From: Podarcis cretensis
Lineage: Eukaryota
Length of the DNA stretch: 64,000 nucleotides
Reading direction: 5' to 3'
NCBI GenBank assembly: GCA_951804945.1
Contig: OX638149.1
Location: 88,412,001 to 88,476,000, forward strand
Below the pieces are notes generated by a model. It was not told the DNA's origin. It searched no databases and saw only the letters and a list, made by a program, of their open reading frames with translations. Both the position numbers and the translations under genes were made by a program. Below are positions 46,172-57,599 of this stretch, in pieces (position 1 is the stretch's first letter; each line of letters begins with the position of its first letter).

Positions 46172-48712
46172 GTGAGTCCTACCGTGTGATTGTGGGCTGG
46201 AACTTCTCCTTACATTGGTTTGTCTATAAGCTACATTATCATCACCATCATTATGATCACCATTATCACCGTCACCAGAATTAATATTTGTTGCTTTTTT
46301 CATAAAAGTGACTGAAAGCAGCTTGCGCTGTAAAAACCACCATTAAAAACAAATATAAGAAAAAGAATAACATCACGGCATAAAATGCTCATTGTATATA
46401 AAAGAGCAGATCCAAGTCAATCTGCCCCACTAAAAATGTGAGTGGAAGAAGACACCACAAACATAGTTAAGTACTCTCCCAAATGAAGGGCCAAAAGCCT
46501 AGGAGAATAAAAAAAAATGTTTTTGCCTGGGACCTAAAAGCAGATAACGCAACCAGGCATGCCTCCCTAGGGAAAGCACTCTACAAACGGGGAGCCACCA
46601 CTGAGAAGGCTTGCTTCAGTCTGGTCACCCCACAAACTTAACCCAGCTTCTTCTCACAACTAGCACATCCTCAGCGAGCTATTTGAGGCACCACCTGACC
46701 CAGGAAAATTTTGCCGTCGTTTTAGCTTTGAGCTCTTTCACTAGATCAGTTCTCAGCCTGTACCTGTAGAATTCAGGGTAAAAGGAATTTCCTAATAATT
46801 ACTGGATTACCTCCCACTTAATAGTTCTTTATATTATAAAGAGGCCTGCAGAGCCCTTCTGGTGCCACAGGGTCCCCCCGCCATTTGACATTAGACTTGA
46901 AAGAAGCATTCTGTTGCACTTACTAATAGAATGTAGCATGTGCTTGTGCTTAGTGCTCACAGCAGTTCTCAGGTTTGCCAATGATCCCAAAAGGGATGAT
47001 GACCACCTGCTTTAGTGAGAATTTTGGAAGGCAAACATGTAATGAACAGCTGATCAATGACAGTACAGAGGAGGAATTGGGAAGCATTATGCAGAGAAAA
47101 CACAGCAGGGCAGAGGAGTCTGGGTTGGGGGCCTGACCCGTTTTCTAAATGCAGTGGGATAAAACTTGGCAGAGCTTTTGAAACAAGCAGAATGCCTAAC
47201 ATGGTCACAGAAAACAAAGATGATTTAGTTACTTATCTTGTAAAATTTATGCACCTCTTGATTGTTAAAAAAACACAAAAAAAACCTCAGAGCAGAGAAA
47301 AACTTGTCAAGAGGAGCCACAAACAAAAGTAATTCCCTTTCTATTCCCTGGCAGGTAACTGCAACAACAAGGTGTTGATAAACGTTAGCAAGCCACTTAT
47401 AGTGAAAGTCAACTGGTGAGGTTTAAGCTACAAATTCGGAGCTTGGGGAAAGGACTTTGCTGTTGGAAACAAGAATCCTGACGCATACTGGGTTGCCCCG
47501 CTCAACACAGACGAGCGTTTGTTGGAAACCTACCGCATCTACAACTCCTATTCCGACCTGCTGCTCTACAAAAACCAAATACAGAAAAGCCTTTCTCAAT
47601 TTGTTGGGTTCACCTGGAACTACACTAACTGTGGGCAGGGAAGCGGAACTATTTTGTACAACGGCAGCTTCTATTACAACTGCTACAACTCCAGGAACCT
47701 GTGCAGGCTGGATGTGCAGGCTGGATGTGTTCAACAACTGGTACTCTTATAGCGGAATCAATTGGCAGGACTTTTGATTTCTCCGGGGATGAGAATGGAC
47801 TGTGGCTCATTTACTCCACGGAAAAAAACAAGGGGAAAATAATGATTGGGCAGCTGGATCCCAATACTCTGACAATAGTCAAGTCATGGCAAACCTCACT
47901 GTACAAGCCTAAGGCAACCGGCACCTTCATGATCTGTGGGGTGATGTATGCCTTGATGCGGGTGACTGAACACAACGAGAAGATCTTTTACAAATATGAC
48001 ACTAACACAGCCACAGAAGGCTCTATGGACATCATCCTGGAAAAGCTCACAGGCACACCGCAAAGCATAAGCTACAACCCCAATGACCACAAGCTATACA
48101 TGTACAATGATGGCTACCTGGTCACTTATGATGTGATATTCCGACGCGTCCCCCTGTTCCAAAAGAGGAGCGTGATCAGTGTGAAAGAGCCAGATACTTT
48201 TGCGATGGTCGGTAAAAACCACTTCAGCTCACAAGACTTTGCCATAGCTTGAAGGAGAAACAAGGCCAGGCACGCACAACATTTACATATTGGCAAATAC
48301 ATATTTTAAATGGTAAAAGTCTTGATTGTAAGGCCAGCAGACAGATTCTATCTTTAAAGGGTATAATTAAACAAGCCCTTTTCTTCACAGTGCAGTCAAG
48401 TGTCTACCTGTGTGAAGAGAACATGTCACAGGGTTGGCTGCTCTCACCATTGAACCTCCACTGCCTTTCCCTCGCACCAAATGATTCTGGCAGTAACAGG
48501 ATTAGGGCTTTGGTGTGGAATCTGCTATAGATCATGCCACTGAGTAACTAGGAGTTCATAAACAGCAGACATACACCCTGAAATCACCTTGTGTGTGTTG
48601 TGTTTGTGTGTGTCTGTCCCCTCCGGCTAGTTATGACACCTTTTGGGCCTCTCCTCAGATGTTAACATTTGCCATCTGGAGGACATAAGTTCCACAACAC
48701 CTGAGCTTCACA

Positions 48713-48766
48713 TTTATTCATTTTCAAGAGTTGCATTGTAGGAGTTATGTTGGGTTGCTCTTTATT
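48713..48766 (-). terminator. Candidate polyadenylation signals of BCS1L
   Basis: TTTATT on + at 48713-48718 and 48761-48766, 150-200 nt past the stop. Confidence 0.55.
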
Positions 48767-48915
48767 TTCTTTACAAAAAGGTGGCCTCACTGAGGTGGAC
48801 ATGTGGATGGCATCATCCTCATGATTATCTCATCCCGCCTAAACAAATCCATGCATGCAAACAACCCTTTTCCTGGGGAAGCCATATGCAAAGCGGTCTC
48901 AGGGTTTGTTCAACG

Positions 48916-51900
48916 TCAGGATATAAGAGCTTGCACATTCTTAAGGGCTGCGTCCGGATCCGCCTTGTATAGCATGAAGTGGCCTTGGACTTGTGCGGCA
49001 CTGATCCGATCAGAGGCAGACACGGCCTGTTTGGCAAACTCCTCAGCCGCAGCTGCTGGCTGGTCTGGGTAGAACCTCTGGAACATGCGCCCGAGCTGCC
49101 ACTCTGAGCAGTACCCCACGTACTGCTTCAGGTCCACCCGGCCGGGCCGAACTAGTGCTGGATCGAGCCTGCAGGGAAAGAGGAGAAGACAAATGAGGCT
49201 CAGCAAATGCTCAGGTGGGAAATATGGTTCTCTATGCTCCTCTCACTTGGGGTATCATCTCCTTGTTCTCTCTCCAACCCCAAGAAGATACAGGGCTAGG
49301 GGAATCTGCTCTCCCCTTTATTTTTTGAGCTACTCTCTAAAAGAATATAAAGTAACAGTGCCTTGTAATTTAACTACACCCACGTCTTGCTGCACTCACC
49401 CATCATGCTCCTCTTTCTCCATACCTGCCAAGTTACCCATCCCCTCCTACAATCTCAGAGGAGCCTGCATGGAACCAGGAACAGTAAACAAGGACAGAAC
49501 CAGATCTTCAGCTTCTGTGTTAAATGCTGCAAACCAGCATGACCAAAGGAGGCAGAAGTCCATATGTATATATACCCCAGACCATTCCCTAGCAAGCATG
49601 ACCCCAGCGTTACCCAAAGCCTTACCAGCCAGTTTTAACTGGCTGACCCTGTCTGCTGAGCATTTGCTCTTCTACCCTGCACATGACTCCTTCAGCACCA
49701 GGCTTACATGGCTGGCAGAGTCCTGTGCTTGTGGGAGAGGATGTGTCACAGGTCTTGGAGACTACAAGAGCCCCAAGATAAGATTCTCTTCCGTCTTCTC
49801 CTATAGTATCATCTTCTGGAACAGGAAGTGTGTCTTCATTCCTGCTGCCTTCCTCCTTTTTATACTTACCAGCTTTTTATAGTTACCAGCTGGTCCCCAG
49901 AAAGGCAGACTTTGCCTCATAAAGACAGCACTTCCAAACTGCCCTCCTCTGTTACTCACTGCAATCTTCTTCTTGACTGAGTTACAAGGAAGCTCATGGA
50001 GTTGCCTTGTGTGAGCTAGGGATGGACAGATCAGTTTATTTGGGGTCCATGTCCAAAGTGTTACAGGTGTTAAGTCTGCTCTGTTGCTTTTCCACTTTAA
50101 AATCTGTATTTTTTTAATTTAAAAAATCCATACAAAAATTCGTATTTAAAAATGCAATTTATTATAAATGCATATTTAAATAGTATTTATCACAGGGTAT
50201 GCATCTCTAAATGCATTTCCTCCTAAAAAAATAATCTTAATGCATTTTTGGAACCAAGGACTGTATTGCAAAATTTGGAGGAGTGGGGAAGCTGAAGGAT
50301 AATTGTGAATTCGTTTGGGAGATACAAATTTGGCTAGCTTGCTTGAAAATGCAGACAAAACAAAACTCTCCTCCACCCCTAGCTTGTCTTCAGCTCAAAA
50401 ACACCAATGGAGACATCTTAGGCACTGTGTTACTTGAGGAATCCTTGGTCCCACCAAGGGAAGTGAACCCTTTGGATTGAAGTGGCCTACCACCAAAGGG
50501 ACTCCATTTGCAGGCTTCCTCCCAGCCACTGAGCGGTGAAGTAGGCTGATTTGCTGGAATACTGGTCCTTCCTGTGTGTGTGTGTGTGTGTGTGTAGCTG
50601 TTTCCCTGGCAAAACAACAGTCCTGCTCCTGTCTGCGTTTGGGCTACCGAGGGATTCAAAAACCTGCCTCAGGGGATACCTAACTTCTCCTCGTGGCATG
50701 CTTTGGCACCGAATGTGAGAGGGTTGAGTGGAATGGGTTGGGCGAGGTTATCATGGTGTTAGTGTCCTCACCACATGCCGGCTGGTGGTTTCAATGCGTC
50801 ACCAGTGTGGGACTTCATGTTGTAAGGGGAAGGTGATGAAGGAAATTCTCTATGGGACTGTCAGTTGTTGCTACATCGTCTCCTTCCCCTCCCCCTTTCC
50901 CCTTCCTACTTCTGTTACAACAGTTTTGATTTAGCTGCTAGAGGAATGTAGAATCCTAAACCACTGTAGACTCCAGCTTATCAGCCACTACCTTCCTTGG
51001 GTGCCATTAAATGATCATTCCCAAGCAAAAGGTTATCTTCTGCAGCTAACAACCTCTCTATCTGCCCCCATTTTCTGTGCAGTGCTTCTGACCTGTCCAC
51101 ATAATTGGTGGTCATGAATACGATCCTTGCTTCGGAGGAAGCCACACCATCCAATGCGTTGAGAAGGCCACTGAAAGTCAGGCGTCCCATGCCTTGGTAT
51201 GCGCTGGGGTCTGGAGGGAAACACAGCGGCACAGAGACAGCTCAGAGGGAGACACTATAGGTACAGTTGCGACCAAGGGCTGCCCAAATTCTTTCTAGGT
51301 TTATAGCCTTCCAGGGGAAGGGCAACAATCCCACTGTTGTGGTCTTATGTTACAGTAGTACCAGCTTTATGCTCCCTGCCTGATGTGCAGTGGTTTGCGA
51401 AATGTTCCTGACACACTGCTGTCCAAATAGATACATGAAGGGGTCAGAGAAAATCATGCCACCTGTTGGCAAAATGCAAGTCGATAGAAAGCAGGACAAT
51501 AAACAGTCAGGATCCTATGTCAAAAGAAGGCTGGCAAAAAGAAGTGCCTCTAGGATCTCTGCTGGCGAATCTCTTCCACAATGCAAAAGATGTAAACCTG
51601 TCCCGAAGCGCCTGTCTTGTTTCAAGTCTCTCTTTGTATATGGATAACTGATTTGGAATAGGTGTCACATTAAAGCCTGCAGATAACTATTTATCATTAT
51701 ATTTATTCAATCTATTGGTAGCTTGCTACATAAAAAGTATCGAAGTAACTCACAAAGTTTTAAAGACATAAAGCAAAAAAAAACAACAACACTCAATAAG
51801 AAAAGAGAGCAATACGTTGCAATTAAAAAGAAACTGTACAAAAATCCAGAGAACAGACACAGTAAAGCAGCAGGGGGGGAAACTTGGCAACAAAGCATAT

Positions 51901-54900
51901 CATCCAGCAAATCATCACCATCTGTCAAATACCTGAGTTAAGTTTTTAAAGGTAAAGGTACCCCTGCCCGTACAGGCCAGTCGTGACCGACTCTAGGGTT
52001 GCGCGCTCATCTCACTCTATAGGCCGGGAGCCGGCGCCGTCCAAAGACACTTCCAGGTCACGTGGCCAGTGTGACGAAGCTGCACTGGCGAGCCAGCACC
52101 AGTGCCGCACACGGAAACGCCGTTTACCTTCCCACTATAAAGTGGTACCTATTTATCTACTTGCACTTAGGGGTGCTTTCGAACTGCTAGGTGGGTAGGA
52201 GCTGGGACCGAACGATGGGAGCTCATTCCACCGCGGGGATTCGAACCGCCAACCTTACGATCAGCAAGTCCTAGGCACTGAAGTTTTACCCACAGCGCCA
52301 CCCGCGTCCCGAGTTAAGTTTTTACCTGGTGCCAAAAGAATTTTAATGATGGCCCCAGGAGGACCCCACTGTGAAGAGCATTCCACAAGGGGGGAGCCCT
52401 GACTGGAACACCCTCTTCCTTTTCACCACACTCCAGACCTCCCTCATAGTGGGCATTAGTAGGAGGATAAAAAATCGAAGGGTCTGGGTAGGTTTGTAAG
52501 GGAAGACATTTTCCAAAAGACATTGGTGTCCTGAGTCATTGACCCCTCTTTGTCAGCACCAGGTCACCAACCCGAATCCCATTGCAAAGTGCAGCTTGGA
52601 GGAAGGAGCTACTATTCAGCTCTCATTCCCCCCACTCTGAATAATCAATTAGCTTGGGAAAGTTGCTGCGGTGCAGCACTTAATCAGGATGCCTCCACAG
52701 AGTTACAACACAGGGGTGATGAACGCTTGGTCCCAGCTCAGTCAGAGGCAGCAGAAAAGGGCAGCCTGGAACAAAAGAGTGGGGAGGCACCATCTGCCTG
52801 TCACTCACTTTCGGCAGCAAGATCCCGGCTGATGAAAGCAGCGTCCACGTCCTCCAGGAGGATGATGCTCTGTTGAGGAGCTACGCTCAGGAGGTGGTTA
52901 AGACGATCGTCAGAGAGGCTGCGGTCACTCAGGCTCAGGAGACAGATGCTGTACTGAAGTTCTCCAGCAAGGGCTGTGCTGTGATAGACAAAGGACAATG
53001 TTTCCACTGAAGAAAATTATGACAACACCTTGTGCAAAGGTGTAAGCTGTAGGGAGTGATTCCTGACCAGGAGCTACACAAGGTGCCCAGGGAGGTACCC
53101 TCAGAGACTGTATCCATGGTCAACAACTTTGAGAAAAGGGGGGTTTTGGGGGGGAAGGAAAGCTGAGGACATGGTACTCACATGAAACTGCTCTTTCCAC
53201 AACCTGGGGGCCCGTACAGCAGGTATCCTCTCCGATAGGGGATTCCTACAGACAAAGAGGCTAGTCAAAAGGCAGAAAACTCAGCCTATTCCAACTTCTT
53301 ATGAAATCTGAGCTACCATCATCACACCCGAGAATAAGAATGAGCTGATCGATGATTCCTTGAGCTCACTCCATAGTGGCCAATTCCAGCTGCTGATAAA
53401 GAAATATATTGCACAGGGCTCTGACAGAGTACCCAATTTCCTGCCACCCTAAAGGTTTAGGGCACCCTGAACAAAAGCACTACTTTAACCAACTTGGCAA
53501 ACAGTTGATACAAAATATTGTGGCAAATGCCAGAAACTTAGTGAACGTTTGGTTTATCAGTACTTGGCTGTGCAGAGACTAGCCAGGACAGTCTCTTTCG
53601 TAGAAAGTAAGGGATAGTTCCTAATTCTCAAGGATTGGGACTATGCAGGGGCTGTTGTAGAGACTGCAATGAGGTACGAAGAGGCTTCCCGCTGCACTCA
53701 TAAGAAGAGAGAGGCATCATCACAGTTGGGAGTCCAAAGCAGGAAGAAGGCGCAGACAGTTTGGAAATGACAGGGATGCAGAAGGCAGCAGAGATGCCTT
53801 TGTGCGCAATAGCAGAGGGCATTGAGAATGATAATCTGGGCTAAATAATGGGATATGCTGGCTCCGTAAGTGGCATCCCACCTGCCTTAATTTAGCTCAT
53901 AAAGGAAAAGCTCAGGTTGTGAGGGTATCTGAATGTCACTCCCTGAAAAGTAAACTCACCTCGATCAATGTACCACTTGGGGTTACCAGTGAACTCTTTC
54001 ACATCCTGCACAATTCTCTCAGACACTCCTTTCTCAAGCACTACAGAGGTGAGCGGACGCCGACGTCGTGGGAAACCAAATGGCCGCCATTCAGCCCCCA
54101 TGGCTGTGTACATCACTGTCTTTCCTTCTTGCTGCCTCAAAGCCAATTCTTTGGCTGCAGAGAAAGGAACAAAGCTGAGGAAAGGGAGCTAACTGGTTAG
54201 AGAGCCAGTGTGGTGTAGTGGTTAAGAGTCTCGTAACCTGGGGAACCGGGTTCATGTCTCTACTCCTCCACATGCAGCTGCTGGGTGACCTTGGGCCAGT
54301 CATACTTCTTTGAAGTCTCTCAGCCCCAGTCACCTCACAGAGTGTTTGTTGTGGAGGAGGAAGGGAAAGGAGAATGTTAGCCGCTTTGAGACTCCTTCGG
54401 GTAGTGATAAAGCGGGATATCAAATCCAAACTCTTCTAACATCTGGATACAGATGGGAAGGAGGTAGAGGGAAATCGCCTGTCTGCTAAATATAACAAAG
54501 AAGCAAGGAAGCATCACCTAAGAGAATGTGTCTATTTGGAGGATAGCCCCAGCTCTCGGTAGGGGTACTTAAGGAACTGGAGTTCTGTGAACTCTGATGC
54601 AGAGTGATATAATTTGTACCTCCTGGAATCAGGTGCAGAACAGAACATAACTAGCCATCAGACTTTGGCCTTCTCTAAATTTTGAAATACAGTTTTCAGT
54701 TCAAAAAATGCCCAAAGGCATGCAAAATGCATAATTTGGAATAAAATACATTTAAAAATCCATACAATGAGCTACAATCATAGCTACTTCATAAAAATAT
54801 ATTTAGGTATGTATTTAAACATGATTTTTTGCATATTTGTTTTTTTAAAATTGCAGATTAATGCAGAAACAGGATGGAATGGACTTACTAAAGAACACAT

Positions 54901-55628
54901 GTAAAACAAACCTGGGCCCAGAAATAGACTGATCTATTCATCCCTAGTGCCAACATCATCATTAAATGTATTATCCACCCTTGCCAGCAGGCACCACTAC
55001 AACCAAGGAGAGCTATTGTACCTTCCTGCAGGATGTTGAAGAAAACTTCTCGGTTGCTACCGATTGCTGTGAAGGTGACAGATTCCCAGGGGGTGCCCGT
55101 ATGCAGGTCAATCATTTGTTTCTCCCGGTTCCGTTCAATGCGGATCCACTTCCTTTTATACCTGGAAGCAGAGCAGGGAACATGTGAACAGGAACTGGTG
55201 TTGGGGAGACAACTGGATGAGCAAGCGTGCAATATTCATGACCACCACTTCCTTATTAGCCTTGCAATACTTCTGCCCATCCCAAAGACGTTCCATGGCC
55301 TCACTTACCAAATGAAATGGTTCCCAGGGCTGGGGATAAAGTCAAACTTGGTACTGATACGGCCACTCTCATGCTGCAGGTATGAGGTCTCCACGCTCAG
55401 GTGCTGGGTGTGCTTTGCATGGTGAGAGATCCAGCTCAGCAGCCAGTGGTAACTCTTGTCCTTGCTTGGCACCTCTAGGGTGATCATACAATGCCGCCTG
55501 AAAGCCACCAAGCCAAGCTGTGCCCCTTTACGGGCCAGGGCCAAGGCTGTACCTACACCCACCAGGCCAAAGCCTGCTCCGAAGTATGGATTGTCCTTCA
55601 GGGCCGAGACAAAGTCAGAAAAGGGCAT
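48916..55628 (-). CDS. BCS1L: Mitochondrial chaperone BCS1 (AAA ATPase), complete, 7 coding exons, 419 aa
   Basis: Exons 55628-55309, 55161-55022, 54154-53960, 53245-53182, 52978-52809, 51210-51093, 49168-48916; total 1260 nt. Motifs [17 protein letters not shown], Walker A GPPGCGKS, Walker [21 protein letters not shown]. Confidence 0.97.
50573..50595 (+). repeat. (TG)n microsatellite
   Basis: Direct observation. Confidence 0.9.
51949..52310 (-). mobile_element. Sauria-type SINE, young full-length copy
   Basis: Reverse complement closely matches the 23560 copy; perfect 14-bp TSD GAGTTAAGTTTTTA (51935-51948 and 52311-52324). Confidence 0.9.
54200..54436 (+). mobile_element. tRNA-derived SINE (Squam3-like) in a BCS1L intron
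   Basis: GAGAGCCAGTGTGGTGTAGTGGTTAAGAG..GGGTTCATGTC..GATATCAAATCCAAACTCTTC. Confidence 0.8.
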
Positions 55629-56604
55629 TGTTGTGGGTGGGGAAATAACTCCAGTGCTAAAGAGCCATTCCTAGCAGCATTTCTTCTAAACACCACAACA
55701 ACACATGGAGAGGAAGAGAAAACAACAACAAATTAATTATGATGATATGGGTGGCAAGTATATTGGTCATCTAATTACTTCTTCCAGAAGACAAGCTTTA
55801 TTGACAAATTCTCTTTAACCTGGGTGTGAGGAGCTTTGACCCTCCAGATGTTGCTGAACTACAACTCCTTCCCTGGCCATTGGCTATGCTTGCCGGGGCT
55901 GATGAGAGTTGGAGTTCAGCAACATCTGGAGAGCCAAAGTCTCACCACACTTGCTTTAGCCTCTTCCATGCTACCTTATTTTAGCAAAATAAATACCCTG
56001 GCAGATCCCTCCCCACTGGAAAACCAGAATACAAGTAATTATGCATACATACTCACAAATTCAGCTTCCCTCTCTATAGTAGTTTGAAAGATTGCAAAGC
56101 AAGGCTGCCGCCATTTTGGCTTGTGTAAAGAAAACTGGATATTCCCTAGCTTGCTTTTGTCGGCGTAATCTGGAAAAATTGGTGAAATTGCACTCTGTGC
56201 TTGGGCCGTGTCTTAAGCAGCCCATTCCCCATGCTGTTAAGTTAGCACACCGGCTTCACTGGGTGGCTTAAAATAGTCGAAGGCTAAATGCCTGGAGCGT
56301 CACTCATTCATCTTCTCTTTCTCTAATGTGTGTATGTGCAGAGATAGGTATAAAGCCAAGGCTGCAGCAGCATTGGCAGGAGTATGAGGTATTCACTGAG
56401 AAGAGGTTTTGCCCAGTGCAAGGTACCAGCAGAGAAGCTGAAGGTTACATGCTGTGTGGTCCCTATAGCATGCTGAGCTCGTTAGGATTCTTGCTCCGTG
56501 CTTGCAGTCATGGGATTGTTTTATGTTACATGACGGTGTATGTTTTCATTCCACAGTGTGGGAAGTGGCGGAGACGGAGCTAGTATGGTAAAGTTTTACT
56601 TCTA

Positions 56605-56849
56605 ATTAGTTAAACCTTGGTTGTCGAACATAATCCATTCTGGAAGACCGTTCAACTTCTGAAATGTTCAATAACCAAGGTGTGGCTTCCGATTGGTTGC
56701 AAGAGCTTCTTGCACTCAAGTGGAAGCTGTGTCAGACGTTTGGGTTCCAAAAAAAGTTCGAAAACCGAAACATTTACTTTCAGGTTTTCAGCATTTGGAA
56801 GCCAAAGCATATGGTAACGGAGGTGTTTGGGAACCAAGATTTGACTGTA
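56605..56849. mobile_element. Probable mariner/Tigger-like MITE
   Basis: Imperfect terminal inverted repeats TAGTTAAACCTTGGTTG / AACCAAGATTTGACTGTA and repeated TTCGA/CGAA subterminal motifs. Confidence 0.5.
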
Positions 56850-57599
56850 TAGTAGAATAGTTCGTGATGTACCAGCATCTCTTAAAAGTTTATGTAGCTA
56901 GGGTGTTTATGCTTATCTTAAACACAATAAACACTTTATACTTTGAATTGAACTGAATGGGGAAGGAGTCTTCTTAACCAGGAATTCTATCTGCTTTCTC
57001 CACATCATGCATAATTTTATATAACATGTTCCCCTTTACCTGTTTTTTCCTGAACTAACGTCCCCACCCCCACCCCTACCATTGTAGCTCTTTATCATAG
57101 GGAAGTTGCTCAATTTGGACTGCCCTTTTCTAGCTCAAATGCTTAGGCATGCCCAATGAAGTTTTTGATTTCTTGAGCAGACCCCGTCCCCATGCCACCA
57201 CAATCAAATTTTGAAAGGTCACTCAAAAGTAGCTTGTTGTGTGGCCCAGAAAGCTAGAGAAACATAACTCGGCAACTAGTTACTCCGCCAAATACATGAG
57301 GGCCGAATAGTAAATCAATCATGTTTTGCAGCTCATATTCACTTTGAATTTCTTCTGTTTGAGTTAGCATTTTGTCTGCTCTGTGGAGCTTGCTGTTTAT
57401 TCCCAATAGCATTTGTGGAAAGTAGAAACTGAACTGATGCTCTCTGAAAAATTTCATTACTTGTGTGTGTGTGTTTTTTGGAAAGTCAGCCACAGCCCAA
57501 ATGTTGGTTGCTGCTCTGGAAACATCTGCCTACCACGACCAGAGATAGGAAAATTTATAATACTTTTCTCCACACTTTTAAAAGGGGTGCGATGCTGAG

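Larger units (their letters stand above)
40953..48252 (+). pseudogene. Olfactomedin-4-like gene, five exons, olfactomedin domain disrupted (pseudogene or truncated gene)
   Basis: Exons 40953-41009 (putative signal peptide), 42654-42827 (KCICSIELPDTTFP), 44045-44254, 46000-46171 (FDENNVLLTHREIATLKKQLADCE), 47355-48252 (OLF domain: NVSKP..NW*G..GAWGKD..YWVAPLNTD..GQGSG..DENGLWLIYSTE..FMICGVMYA..SISYNPNDHKLYMYNDGYLVTYD). Lesions: TGA at 47417-47419, deletion plus 13-bp duplication at 47700-47729, extra T at 47772-47775. Confidence 0.9.

Noticed and set aside
47417-47419. In-frame TGA as selenocysteine or programmed readthrough
   Set aside because: It aligns to a conserved Arg rather than Cys, is simply explained by CpG deamination, and is followed by two frameshifts; I saw no SECIS.
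49085-49882. 265-aa plus-strand ORF
   Set aside because: Antisense to the last BCS1L exon and intron; no recognisable domain or splice support.
54196-54202. SINE junction creating a branch-point-like CTCTAAC ~42 nt upstream of a BCS1L acceptor
   Set aside because: Several AGs lie between it and the acceptor, so it is unlikely to be the branch point in use.
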